Positions 1-12,099 of a stretch of DNA of 64,000 bases are shown here, piece by piece. The translations under genes and the position numbers were made by a program. The stretch comes from Carcharhinus longimanus. Its lineage: Eukaryota. The stretch covers positions 46,361,651-46,425,650 of the forward strand of contig JASCQW010000099.1 in assembly GCA_030264375.1 (NCBI GenBank), in the 5' to 3' direction. The notes beneath the pieces were generated by a model that was given only the letters and a program-made list of their open reading frames with translations, ran no database searches and had not been told where the DNA came from. The number at the start of each line of letters is the position of its first letter. The stretch's first letter is position 1.

Positions 1-281
1 CTTGCAAAATCTCACTAACTGTCCTGGCTGGAGACAATACACATCTCTTTAACCTGTGCTTAACCCTCTCTCCACTCCCAATGTCTATACTTTTAAGATT
101 TGATTGCCAGTAAAGACTTGCATTCCAACCATTATTTTGTAACTTGAGTTTGTGTCTTTATATGCCCTATTTGCGAACACAAGTCCTCACTCACCTGAAA
201 AAGGAGCTTGAGGCTCTGAAAGCTGGTGCTGCCAAATAAATTTGTTGGACTTTAACCTGATGTTGTGAGATTTCTTACTGT
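1..281 (+). mobile_element. Penelope-like element 3' terminal (pLTR-type) fragment with a degenerate hammerhead motif
   Basis: Ends in CCAAATAAATTTGTTGGACTTTAACCTGATGTTGTGAGATTTCTTACT, a terminus shared with the copies at 39912, 56109 and 61301. 190-228 reads CTCAC-CTGAAAA-A-GGAGC-ttgag-GCTCT-GAAA-GCT-G-GTG, a hammerhead layout with G8>A and H17>G changes. Confidence 0.7.
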
Positions 282-1016
282 AATTTAATTTGGCTAGTCA
301 TAGTTAATATCAAGCTTCCACCTGCCCCCGTACAACAATGAAATTTCAACATTATATGCATAACATGGGATTTGGAACAACCACCAGTATTGAACACTTC
401 CCCTTCAGTGATCTTTGCCAAGTTGTAGTGAAGACAAGAAAAACTAGTGAAAAGCATTAGTGTTTTGGTTTGTAAATGTAAAAGGTTTTGATGTCCCCTG
501 TGGTCTCATTTTATATGGAACGCTTTGTAGTATGATGGATCATTTACCAGAAACCCTTTGACTTTTGAAACATTTAATATATAACAAAAACCTAAATTTA
601 ACAGCACATGGCTATTTTATGTTGATTAATTTTGTTTAGAGATGAAATTTAAGATTGAAACTAAGTACAGTTGAACAGAATGTCTTTTAAATCTGCCAAA
701 GTCAATACACAATTTGAAAATTCAAGGGCAGGGTTGGAGTTTGGGAATTGCGTAATGATAAATACACTCCACAAGAGGTTGCATATCAACATTATTTCAA
801 CACAGGCATCGCTGATGAATTGTTTGTGCTTCTGACACTGACTCCTTGATTGAGTCCCACTCTATCTGCTGTGTACTCTTTGCTGTCTCCATTTAATTAA
901 TTTTGCCTTCTACTTATTGAGTTAATGGAAAGTGCCTATGCTTTACCAGTCTTTCTGTTTGGGTAAGAAAGGAATGGAGCAGAGAGTCAGAAGATGGGAC
1001 CAATTCTGCCGTGTTG

Positions 1017-1260
1017 AACATAAGAACATAAGAAATAGGAGCAGGAGTAGGCCATCTAGCCCCTCGAGCCTGCCCCGCCATTCAATAAGNNNNNNNNNNN
1101 NNNNNNNNNNNNNNNNNNNNNNNNNNNNNNNNNNNNNNNNNNNNNNNNNNNNNNNNNNNNNNNNNNNNNNNNNNNNNNNNNNNNNNNNNTCTATCCTATC
1201 CATCCCATTCATCATCTTATATGTCTCAATGAGATCTCCCCTCATTCTTCTAAACTCTAA
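1017..1260 (-). mobile_element. CR1/HER1-type LINE 3' end, interrupted by an N gap
   Basis: Minus-strand translation SLEFRRMRGDLIETYKMMNGMDR is the CR1 ORF2 C-terminal motif. The tail is a (TTCTTATG)n-like repeat. Confidence 0.85.
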
Positions 1261-2902
1261 CGAGTTGATAATGTGGGGCTGTGGAGGACAGCACAGCTCT
1301 TTCTGCAATCATAATTAAGTATATCAGAGATAGAAAGCAGCAGGATTTGTTATTCAGGAGGGTTTTCTGGGTGGTATGAACTTATTAAAGTAAGGGATAT
1401 TAACTTTAGGGTCTGAATACTTTTATTTTGTATACCAAGATTTATTAAACACTATGCTATTCAGGAATAGTTTAGGCCAGATGCAAGCTGAAGTTTATTT
1501 TGTAGTGTGTCTACCAGACCTAACAGACACATTCAGTCCTTACTGTAAAATTTTCAGATTTCCCTTGCCAATCATTCTTGATGAAAGCACCAAAATGAAA
1601 ACTAATTTATGCTGACTTACGGGCAAATATGCCTCAGTCCTGCCCCCTAGGATTTGTGTTGAAGCTGCTGAAACACATTTTATGACATTTGCCAGTGAGA
1701 AGTCACTTTGGCAAGTCTAATATTGGTGCATGTTTTATATTGGCTCTTTTTTTACGTTGGTGCTTGGTTAAATTTGAATTACAGGAAGCTGCTGAATATG
1801 ACTAGCTCCCCAGCATTTCTACAATTACAGCCATTCATGATGATGTATGAAACCCGAGACCAGAAAGTCAATTAGTTCATGTTGTAAAAATGTTGATCTT
1901 TCTGTCACTATATCCAGTTTGCCCCTTTTGTGATTTGTTGAGGGAAATTACATTTTGAGAAACTTTTCCTTGATTCCACTCGTTTAAGATGTGGGGCGCA
2001 GTTACTCTTTTCCCGAAGGTATCACAATACATTTTTTTTAAATGACGTGCAGTCCTCTACTTCTACAATGAAAGAAGCTACTCGGGTTCTTGCACATTCA
2101 TAACTCATGTTCTGTCCATATCATAGATTATTAATACTGAAGTGGAGTAATGAGGCTTGCCTGCTGTAACAAGGTTCCCACTTACATCTGAACTCTTTCC
2201 GATATAGCCAGGCATAGGTTTTAAAGTGGGGAAGGTGATAAACACCAGGGAAAGCAAATCAAAGATCGAGATTGATTTATGTGACATATCTGAGTTGCTC
2301 TGTTCAATTGTTTCAACAACCAGTCATACAGATCAGCTTCATATTGTAAATTAAATTGAAATTACACTGTGTTGGGTGGAAAATTGCTCAGTTAATCTAC
2401 TCCTTCAAAATGAAATTTGATTTTTGTTTTGTCCCCCACGTGAACTGCCTTCTGATTTTATTTTCACACCTGGCTGATTTTTGCCTGTATATATAATAGT
2501 ATGGTGAGCTTTCTTTTCTCCATTTTTATATGTTAATTTTTTTATGCACACTTGAAAGATGGGCTTAGCACAGTGTTACGATCCCATTGAGTCTCATGAT
2601 GTTTAAAAAGGAATTCAACCTTCCAATTCATAGCTGAAAAGAATGAAACAGTGAGATCTTATGTTTTAAGATTTTACTGTGCCTAATGACTAAAAACAGT
2701 ACAACCTGAGCACTATTTTTGTTGGCAACATATACTTCAAAATACAGAAAGGAACATTTCCATTTTATGTTCCTCCCACATCTCATTCTCTGTGGAATCA
2801 CATCCCTATAGTAAACAGGCCAGTCACTTAAACCTTTCAACAGGTTCATGATACCCCCTTCATTTCATTGAGCAGTAACTTTGAATGACCAGCTAAGGAT
2901 TA

Positions 2903-3130
2903 AATAAAAGCAAAATACTGCGGATACTAGAAATCTGAAATAAAAACAGAAAATGCTGAATAAACTCAGCAGGACTAGCAGTATTTGTGGAGAGAGAAAC
3001 AGTTCATGCTTCAAGTCCATATGACCCTTCTGCAGACCCTTTTGTCGATTGTCAAATGGATTTGAAACATTAACTCTGTTTCTCCCTCTACAAATACTGC
3101 CAGATCTGCTGAGTTTATCCAGAATTTTCT
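2903..3130. mobile_element. Penelope-derived element with two arms in inverted orientation
   Basis: AGAAAATGCTGAATAAACTCAGCAGG...GAGAGAGAAACAG (~2948-3002) is the approximate reverse complement of CTGTTTCTCCCTC...CTGCTGAGTTTATCCAGAATTTTCT (~3076-3130). Same family as 31325, 32200 and 33020. Confidence 0.65.
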
Positions 3131-3729
3131 ATCTAAAAATACATCCTTAGTTTTCAGAGAGTATCCCAAATCCACTGCCAGTAATAAAGCCCATTAAGAA
3201 GATTCTTCTCCTATCCCCAGGTCACACCAGGATGAATCTCCTGGCTTCAGTAGCTGCAGCTTCTTCTCTCTGCTGACTGTTGCAGCTATTGTTCTTTTCC
3301 TTCATCCCTTTTATTTACACTGCACCAAAAGCTTGGGAGCAAGCAAGTGTATTTTCTACTAACAATGTTACCTTTGTTCTTTCTTTCCTGGTGTAAGAGA
3401 TTCATATCTTGACCAGCTAGTCCCTTGACTAAGCCAGTCACATGACCAGCCTCCATTTTAGGATCATAGAATCCCTACAGTACAGAAGAGACCATTCATC
3501 CCATCGGGTCAGCAATGACCCTCCAAAGGAGCACATTATGTAGGCCCAATCCCACTGAGTCTGAAATCTGTCTGGATCTCACTTAGGTCAATTGGGGCAT
3601 TTAATTGGTAGGTCTAAAATTTTTGATTTCTCTGAAGCTGATGCACAAAGACTGTGAGTGAAGTATATTGTGTGTATTCATCCTCTTCTGAACCCTCCCC
3701 ATTTCACCCCACACTATTTCCAAATAATA

Positions 3730-3870
3730 TCCTTGAAGGAAGGACATCTGCCATTCTCACCCGGTTTGTTCTCCATGTTACTCCAGACACATAGCAATGT
3801 GGTTGACTCTGAAATATCCAAACAAGACACTCTATTCAAGGGCAATGAGGGATGGATTGTAGGGCTCAGC
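3730..3870 (+). mobile_element. Decayed body fragment of the tRNA-derived SINE also found at 16155-16510
   Basis: GAAGGACATCTGCC...CTCCAGACACATAGCAATGTGGTTGACTCT resembles the reverse complement of ~16240-16315. Confidence 0.55.
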
Positions 3871-4408
3871 CAGAGAAGCTCACTAGCAAGTTACTAGCAA
3901 ACTGACCTTTTATTCCTCCATCTCCCTCATTACCATTCCCCATCACCGTTCCCAAATATAAAAGCAAGTGATAAGTTCAAAATTTATAGCAAAGTAATAA
4001 ATGTATTCTCTATACTAACTTTCGGCTTGAGTACGTACTGCAATTTCACAACAAGTAGAAGATAATAACTTGCATCTGTACAATATGTGCATGTCAATCT
4101 AGAAATCTAACAAAAGCTGACTTAATCCACAAAAACTGACAGCATATAATCACCCTGGAATTATAGACTATGATACACCCTGGGTGATAAATAAGATTGA
4201 AGTTGTAGCGGGGCATGCATTTGTTTGAAGTTAATCGTTGTGATATACCCATCACGGTTTTTGCAGGGGAAATACCTGATATGCAAAAAATACAGATTGC
4301 AGCAGTGAGATTTATTTTTCAGTGGAATATGGAGACTCCATAAAATTTTGGTTCAGCATTGGTCCCTTTTCTATCATTTTGGAGCCTGCAGTTCTTCTGG
4401 ATAGATTA

Positions 4409-4640
4409 AACATAGAACATAGAACATTACAGCGCAGAACAGGCCCTTCGGCCCACGCTGTTGCGCCGACCAGTTACAAAAACAANNNNNNNNNNNNNNN
4501 NNNNNNNNNNNNNNNNNNNNNNNNNNNNNNNNNNNNNNNNNNNNNNNNNNNNNNNNNNNNNNNNNNNNNNNNNNNNNNNNNNNNNCAAGTCTAGCACCTG
4601 GTCTGGCTCATTTCCCAGCACCAAATCCAATATAGCCTCA
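4409..4640 (-). mobile_element. Young CR1 LINE; both ends visible, interior lost in an N gap
   Basis: (AACATAG)n tail with intact CpGs on the left. Right of the gap the minus strand gives DLVLGNEPDQV, an endonuclease-domain motif, so the gap probably hides far more than 100 nt. Confidence 0.75.
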
Positions 4641-5400
4641 CCTCTAGTTGGCCTATCTACATTACTGATGTGTAATTATGAAAATAAATGTAATTGTACA
4701 GAGTTCAATAGGACTTGCAGGACTCAATCTCATTCTTGTAGCTAATATCAAGTATGAACTGTTAATTTATAAACTGATACATTTTTAAAACACTGATCTA
4801 CTGTAATCCCATGTTAGTAATGCATTCTGCATTCAGAGGACAGAATTGTTTTGCAGTAAACGTTTGACTCTGCCTGCACCCAGGCAGGTAGGATTATACT
4901 TGGATTGAGGGCATAAGAGCTAGTTCAGCTCTTTGGAGGGCAGAATTAAACAACTGAGTGGCAAAGGCTGACATAGAAATTTGGAAGACAATGTAAAAGC
5001 AAGTTTTAGCCAGGGAATGTTGAAGGCGTGTATGTTAAAATTAGTGCAGACATGTTGATGGATAAGCAGGCTCTTGTGATGGACAAGAAGTGGATGGAGG
5101 ACCTTTGGACATTTGAGTTTGTGTAAGATGGAACGTAGCATTGGAAAACTAAAGTCTTGAAGTTTAAAACGTAATAATGGTGTCAGATGGATTAAGGTAA
5201 GGACAGAAATGAAAATAGAAGGCACCTGTCAGTTTTGATTATATTGTCAGGTGCCTCATAACTTTATCAGTCTAGTGAACTTGTTCTCTTAACTGTAACA
5301 AAGCAATAAATACATGTGGGGTTCTCCACTTTTGGTGGGAAGAAGAGAAAAGCAATGTATTATTTAAATGGAAAGAGATTGCAGAACCCTTGGTACAGAG

Positions 5401-6390
5401 CCAGCGTGTACAACTATTGTGTGTGAAGGGTGACATTTCAATTTTTTGTCATTCCAGGGATCAATGAACACATTTTGAAAAAATAAAGTTTGACACCACT
5501 TTAAACATGGATTTCAATAACATGTTGGGGTGTGGAGAAAATAAACAACTTGCTGAGCAAAAATGAAGTAATACCAAAGCAATAAATTGATCATTTAAAA
5601 TGTTGAATCAATAATAAAGATAACCATTAGCATATGAGAGGGTCAAAATGTGTTTTTCTGGCACACTCTTGGTACTTATTCACTGTGTGGGTTTGTGTAA
5701 GTGTTGGTGTATGGAGGTGAGGGAGAGTGTGAACCCTGAGATTGGGAGTGAGACAGATGTTCACTTTCACACACACCCATGCTCATACACACACACTGTC
5801 TCACTTGCACACTTACATGTTCACTCTCACTCACAACACAGAATCACTCACAACACACACTCACTCTCACTCATGACACACTCACGACACACTCAACACA
5901 GCACGCATACACTCACTCAACACACAGTCACAACACACTCTCATTCATGACACACACACACTCAAAACACACATGCACTCACTCACAACACACATAGTCA
6001 CAACACATACTCTCACTGGTAGCACACATATATTCACTCATGACACACACAACACACTGTCACTCATGACACACACACAACACACAATCACAACACACAC
6101 TCACTCACTCAACACATACTCATAATACACTCACTCTCACTCATTACATATGCACACACACTCTTAAAACACACACACACACTCACTCAAAACACACACT
6201 CACAGCATATGCACACACTGTCACAACGCACGCACACTCACTCACAACGCACACACTGTCTCACTGACAAGCAACCTGTGATTGGAGGGGCAGCTCTTTC
6301 ACTTGTTGACATTTTGAACATAAGCCTGCAGGCTGAATAGAGAAGCCGAGGAAGCCGGGTATGGCCCACTGGTCGCATGGTGGACAGGCC
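5401..6390. mobile_element. Putative non-autonomous hAT (Charlie-like) DNA transposon
   Basis: Left end CAGCGTGTACAAC and right end GGCCCACTGGTCGCATGGTGGACAGGCCG are imperfect inverted termini. The flanking CR1 sequence rejoins across it. A possible degenerate 8-bp TSD is GTACAGAG/GTGTAGAT. Confidence 0.45.
5760..6265. repeat. CA-rich low-complexity / degenerate minisatellite (CACACACTCA, CACAACACAC, CTCATGACAC units)
   Basis: Directly visible. It explains the His/Thr-rich ORFs at 5648 and 5779. Confidence 0.95.
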
Positions 6391-6744
6391 GGGTGTAGAT
6401 GGATTTGGATGTCCTGGTCCATGAATCAACCAAAAGTTAGTGTCCAGGTACAGCAAGTGATTAGGAAGGCAAGTGGAAGTTTTAATTTGTTGTAAAGAGA
6501 ATGGAATGTGAAATTGGGGAGGTTTTGCTGCAGTTATACAGCACCTTGGTGGGACCATGTCTAAAGTACTGTGTATAATTTTGGTCTCCTTGGTTAAGAT
6601 GGGAAATAATTGCATTAGAATCAGTTCAAAGAAGGTTCACTCACTCTGATTCCTGGGATGGATGGATTGAGCCAGTATCCATTGGAGCATAGAGGAGTGA
6701 GAGGCTATCTTATTGAAATATATATGCTGTAAATCTTTGGTCTT

Positions 6745-6880
6745 GCCTGCTGCTGAGATTTTTCTGGTGTCATTGCAGTGAATGGAGTTTTGGCTGAGCA
6801 CCAAATTTTCCATTCTTGTTGGCAGCGGTGGTGGTGGGGGGAGGTTTGCTACTAGAGAAATTTGAGAATCCCAGCCCGGC
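6745..6880 (-). mobile_element. Short MITE-like element (possibly PIF/Harbinger-derived)
   Basis: Termini GCTGAGATTTTTC...GAGAATCCCAGCC are inverted. The interior is the approximate reverse complement of 24910-25040. Confidence 0.55.
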
Positions 6881-8086
6881 TCTGCCATGTAAGACAGAGA
6901 TGAGAAGAATTTGTTTCTCTCGGTGTCTCTCTCTCTCTCTGAGTCTGTGGAATTCTGTTCCTTGGCAAGTAGTGGAGGTTGGATCACTGGGTATTTTTAA
7001 GGCTGAGTTGGATAGGTTCTTGATTGACAAGGAACGTAAAGCATTTAGGAGGCAGACAGGAAAGTAGAACTGAAGCAACAAGCAGATCAGCCACGATTTT
7101 ATCAAATGGCAGAGAGTGGCCCGCTCCTGCTCTTAATTTGTGTATTCTTATGCATCAGCGGAAAAAATCACCAAAAACCTATTTCAGTTGGTAAGCCTCA
7201 ACATAGAATACTTTGCACTGCTAACTCTTGGTATTAATTGAATTATTTTTCTTGACACAAAAAATGTAATTTTGCAATATTAGTTCATTTCTGATTCACT
7301 GAAGCAATGTTCTGTATCCTTCATGGTGCAATTATTCAGCATTTTTTTTACATGAAACACAAATTTGGAAAATTAATGGAATTCTTGAATCCAGCCATTG
7401 ATCCAGATAATAGATTGTACTGCACATGGTTAACTAATCCTACAGTAAACAGTTTTGGTTTTCATCTCACACTATATACTCTTCCTGAATCCCTGAGCTA
7501 GCCGCAAATGTTTGACCTTCACTGTAAAACTCATTTTGCTTCACGTAAAGTCGACTCATTTTCTGCAGTTCCCGTTGAAACCATATTATATATCCAGAAT
7601 TTGGTGTTGGAAATTTACTGCAGTGCTTATATTTCCCTGCATTGGAAAACAAATCATACATTCTGCATTCTAATCCCTATCTGACCTGCCAGTCCAGAAA
7701 AAGATTTTCACAATGCCCTTGTCTGAAAGACTTCTGAAATGTTCTTTTTGTGTTTATCATCTCTCAGCTGAGAAAGCAAAAGCATAGACAATGGTTGTTA
7801 ACAGAATTGTATGCAGAGGTTCTGAGCAATTATGACAGCAGTTGTCAATAAAATAACAATTCACTATTTGAATTTAATTCAAATAAAGCACTTGATTCGG
7901 AATATCATTCATGCTGTGGTGAGGATTAAAATATTGACTGTATAAGGCGCAGCACAAATATCTAAACATGATTCTAAGTATTGATAGTGTGTTTTATTTT
8001 CATTTTTTTAATTCTATAATTTTTAAATTTTGTATGACTATTTGGAATTAGAAGATGGTAACTTTCAGCCTTTTTTTTAATCACAG

Positions 8087-8174
8087 AGCACAGATGATCT
8101 ATTGGTTGCCTCTGCTGAATGTCCTAGCGATGATGAGGACATTGATGAATGTGAGCCAAGCTCAGGTGGGTTGG
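8087..8174 (+). CDS. NRXN1: Neurexin-1 penultimate coding exon (stalk / cysteine loop)
   Basis: Acceptor ttttttttaatcacag| is followed by [29 protein letters not shown], matching the recalled NRXN1 sequence [29 protein letters not shown]. Phase-1 donor G|GTGAGT at 8174/8175; alternative donor G|GTGGGT at 8165/8166. Confidence 0.95.
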
Positions 8175-8952
8175 GTGAGTCCATTTTTATTACTCTTTCT
8201 TGGTGTTTCTGTGATAGTGTGTTTGCATGTTATGTATGTTTGCTTGATAAATGGAAGGGGTTTCATTGTTCGGTCACTGAAAGTATTAAAGGATTTTTGT
8301 TGTAAGTCGCTAAAGGTCAAGTCGGCAGCTAAAGGGCTTACAGATTGATGTCCTAAAATGTGACAATGATGTGGCACCTCAGTCAATCTGCACCAGAGTT
8401 CTGTGGCATCACTTTCTTAGTCAATGAGTTGGAGGTGGAGCTCGACTTAGCATTGATTCAAACAATGTCTATTTACTTTGCAAATGAGGTTTGTTTAAGC
8501 AACACATTACAGCAAACAATCTACAGAGGCTATTTAAAGGGAGTTTCTGTGATAAAGCAAGCAAAAACTTATTACTGAAACTGCAACCATTTCTCAAAAT
8601 AAAAACAGTTAGCTCTCCAGTAAAATTGAGTGATTGAATGATAGCTAAATGTTACAATTGATTATTTCACTAGAAAATCGCCTTGAGTGGAGTACACTTG
8701 CATACGAATTATGCATGCAAAATCAATCCTAATCACTTACAGTGGTGCAGTCTGCAGGCGTGATTGACAGGTTATTACCAAATCATCTCCTTTCCAGCTG
8801 GGAATAGTGGCATCACAGCCAAATCTACATGTATTCATTCAAAAACGCAGCCATGTAACATTCAGGGATATAGACATGAATACGCTGTTATATACATGAA
8901 TATTGGCAGATTACATAACGATTCTTTCAAATATGCAAATTTTTGTATCTTT

Positions 8953-9262
8953 GGGGCGGCATGGGGGCACAGTGGTTAGCACTGCTACCTCACAGTACCA
9001 GGGACCCGGGTTCAATTCCAGCCTTGGGACATTGTGTGGAGTTTGCATATTCTCCCCGTGTCTGCGTGGGCTTCCTCCCACAGTCCAAAGATGCGCAGTT
9101 AGGTGGATTTGCCATGCTAAATTGACCTTAGTCTTGGGGGAATTAGAGGCTTAAATATGTGGGGTTACAGGTCTAGGGCCTGGGTGGGATTGTGATGGGT
9201 GCAGACTCGATGGGTCGGATGGTTTCATTCTATACTGTAGAAATTCAGTGATTCTATGATTC
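8953..9262 (+). mobile_element. HE1-type V-SINE
   Basis: tRNA-like head with A box GGCACAGTGGTTAGC and B box GGTTCAATTCC, V-domain GTGTGGAGTTTGCA...CTCCCACAGTCCAAAGATG, and tail GATTCTATGATTCT. Confidence 0.9.
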
Positions 9263-10454
9263 TTTAGCCTCAAGCTATATCCTGACACTCTGAGACTTAT
9301 ACAGGCATTGAGACAAAAACTTTACCAATTAAGCAAATACACAAATGCACATAAACATTTGTAGATATACTTAAGGACCCACTTCTTATCCACACACACA
9401 TTCAGATGCGTCAACAGACTGGGCTTACTTCATAGATTCAGACAGGTTCACGTATCAACAAATAGAAATAAGTGCACGTACCATGCACTTGCACATCATG
9501 CAGAGCAAACACTAACACCAACAACATTTCATGTTGCCCTCAGCACATATTTCATTTGAAACACAGGTCATTGTCGAAATTACTGTACACTTTCAGCATA
9601 TATTCATGTAAATCTGTAACTGGGGACATTTCCATTTCTGCTTGACTTTCAACGAGTGATTTATAGTCACTCAGTAGAAAGTTTTCAGCAAACATACCAA
9701 ATCCTCTGNNNNNNNNNNCTCTGGTCCCTTGGGCTGATCTGTCAGCGACAGAATCACTGCTTCACACTGTCACATTAAAACTATAGTGAAGAGGACATTT
9801 TACTCCCAGTCTAAATCATTTTTCTTGTTACTTTCTCCCAAAGATGCCCTTTTTGAAAAATGTTATCACTTAGTTTCCTCCTTTGTTTTTCCCCTTTGCT
9901 CAATGCCAGGAGTATGTTTCATTTCAAAACTAAATAGTTAGGCATGCAGTTCATTTCTCTTGCCTCTCCCATTGCCACTTTGAATCCAGATGCTATAAAG
10001 TTTGCACTTGCAACCATGGGCAATTTTCCTTACAGTCTTTTGTCATAGGAAAGCACGTAATTACCCAAGCTGAGATTGGGCAATTACTTCAAGGATCAAG
10101 GAGCTGAATCCTATCATTCTGTGACATAGCATTGGTACAATATACTCTGTCATTAGACAACCATTATTGTAATTTTCTTTCAGCTTTGTGAAACTCGGTT
10201 GGAATGGTTCAAAATCAATGGAAAGAATAAGACTGTTGGGATGAAGTTTGTGTTGGGCAAAATATGGGAAATTAGCATCTCTTTTTACACCATGCCCAAC
10301 AGTTATTTCAATTGGAATATAAATGAATAGCAGGCAGGATGTAAAACGGGCTGTTGAATCACTATTGCTGCATTCAAAACGACTTTTATTTTCATTATCT
10401 TATAAAGACATTAGGGTGCAGGATTTCCATTTCCCCACTCTCTCCCTGTGAACC

Positions 10455-11690
10455 TAGAAGCTTATCTCTCTCAAGAGCTCATCTAATTTCCTTTTGAAAT
10501 CATTATTCGCCTCCACTTATGTCATCCTTGTGAACAGTGAGTTTCAGGCCATTACCACTTGGTTTCTTAAAATGTTCTTTCTCACAGCCACCCTGCATTC
10601 CTTGCCCAAATTTGTGAATGTATCCCCTAGATCTCGTAGCATCAGCTAATGGGAACAGCTTTTTTTTAGGTAACTGGTGGGATCTTCCAGTCCACTAGCC
10701 TATCCCATTGTCAGGGAATCTGCCATGGGGGGGGGGGTCACCTTCAGTGAGCCCAGAAGGCCACAAGAAGTAAACCACTTGCAAATCAACCCCCCTCCCC
10801 CCCCACCAACCCTCCACATCAAGTACAAAAGCAGGAAAGTTATGGTGAACCTTTTGAAAACTTTGGTTAAGCCACAAAAAAAAGCATTGTATTCTGTCCA
10901 TTGTATTCCCCCCACAACCCTCCACATCCAAATCTCATTTACTCCAAGAAGGGAAATCCCTAGTTTCTCTAATCTTCCCTCCTGGTTAATATCCCTCATC
11001 CCTGGAACCATTCTGGAAAATCTCCTCTGGATCCTCTCAGGAACTCTCGCACCCTGTCTAAAGTGTGGTCACAAGAATCATAGAACTGTGGAATCCTTAC
11101 AGAAGGAGGCCTTTCAGCCTATCGCATTTTGCACTGACTCTCCGACAGAGCATCTGACTGAGATCCCCCCCTCCACCCCATGCATACACTCCACTAACTC
11201 CTGCCCATCTTTGGACATTAAGTGGCAATTTAGTATGGCCAGTCCACCTAACCTGCACATCTTTGGATGGTAGGAGGAAAGAGGAACACCTGGAGGAAAC
11301 CCACGCAGACATGAGGAAAACATGTAATCTCCGTACAGGCAGTCAGAGGCCAGAACTCTAAGGCTGGAATCGAACCCTGGTCCCTGGTACCATGAGGCAG
11401 CAGTGCTAATCACTGTGCCACCGTGGACAGAATACAATGCTTTTTTTTGTGGCTTAACCAAAGTTTTCAAAAGGTTCACCATAACTTTCCTGCCTTTGTA
11501 CTGATACCTTTATTTACAAAGCTCAAATTCCCATCTGCTTTGCTAACTGCTGTCACATTATATCCTACCACCATCAACAATCTGCATATGGACCTCAAGG
11601 TCCTTCTGAGCCTGCACAATCTTTAGAATTGTGACATTAAGTCTACATTGTGTGTCCCCATTCCTTTTGCTAGAAAGTATCACCTTTCCC
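10455..11690 (-). mobile_element. Old CR1 LINE fragment disrupted by a SINE and a local inverted duplication
   Basis: Minus-strand translations VPGMRDINQEGRLEKLGI and KSRKVMVNLLKTLVKPQ correspond to CR1 RT C-terminal motifs. Confidence 0.7.
11075..11425 (-). mobile_element. HE1-type V-SINE
   Basis: Reverse complement of the head (GTGCTAATCACTGTGCCACCGTG, GAATCGAACCC), V-domain, and AGAATCATAGAA tail. Confidence 0.9.
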
Positions 11691-12099
11691 ACATCCTCCA
11701 CTCAAACCTATACAAAGCCCCTATGGCCCCCACATCTCCCCCCCCCCCCCCAAGCCTCCATGCCAAGTTATAGCATTTCCATGCCCATTCACCCAGGATG
11801 CGTTCTTACAGAATGAATGAACCCTACAGTAAAAATGACAAAAAGTTTAAAAAAGCCCTTCATAACTTTCTGTAAAAATCTGCTCTTACTACAGCCCATA
11901 AAAATGTCAATCAACTCAACTTTAAAGTATCAGTAGCAGAAAGTACAAGCCATTGATAAAACATCTAAGAAAAAAGGCTGTTTGGTTGAGTGCCTGGACA
12001 TCCATTAGTTTGGTGGAACTGGTGCGCATGAGAGAGAAAAGCATTGGTTAATTGACCGCCTTTTTTCTTAGATTTGTTTGTAAATGTTTTGCTCATTAG

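Larger units (their letters stand above)
5310..7150 (+). mobile_element. Old CR1 LINE 3' region split by younger insertions (pieces ~5310-5399, ~6392-6730, ~6885-7150)
   Basis: Typical CR1 RT-end and 3' sequence: LWNSVPWQVVEVGSLGIFKAELDRFLID, then CTCCTGCTCTTAATTTGTGTATTCTTATG. Confidence 0.7.

Noticed and set aside
190-228. Active hammerhead ribozyme
   Set aside because: G8 is mutated to A and the cleavage position is G, so it is predicted inactive. Kept only as part of the element.
5648-5997. His/Thr-rich ORFs
   Set aside because: Artefacts of the CA-rich repeat.
1-8086. NRXN1-gamma first exon (recalled as MDMRWHCENSQ) or other upstream neurexin exons
   Set aside because: I found no matching peptide with a splice donor. 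They probably lie upstream of the window or are absent.
8953-9030. tRNA-like A/B boxes as tRNA genes
   Set aside because: They continue into the V-domain and LINE-type tail, so they are SINE heads. No complete cloverleaf.
10677-11273. Longest ORF in the track (198 aa)
   Set aside because: It runs across antisense CR1, the inverted duplication and an antisense SINE; a chance open frame.
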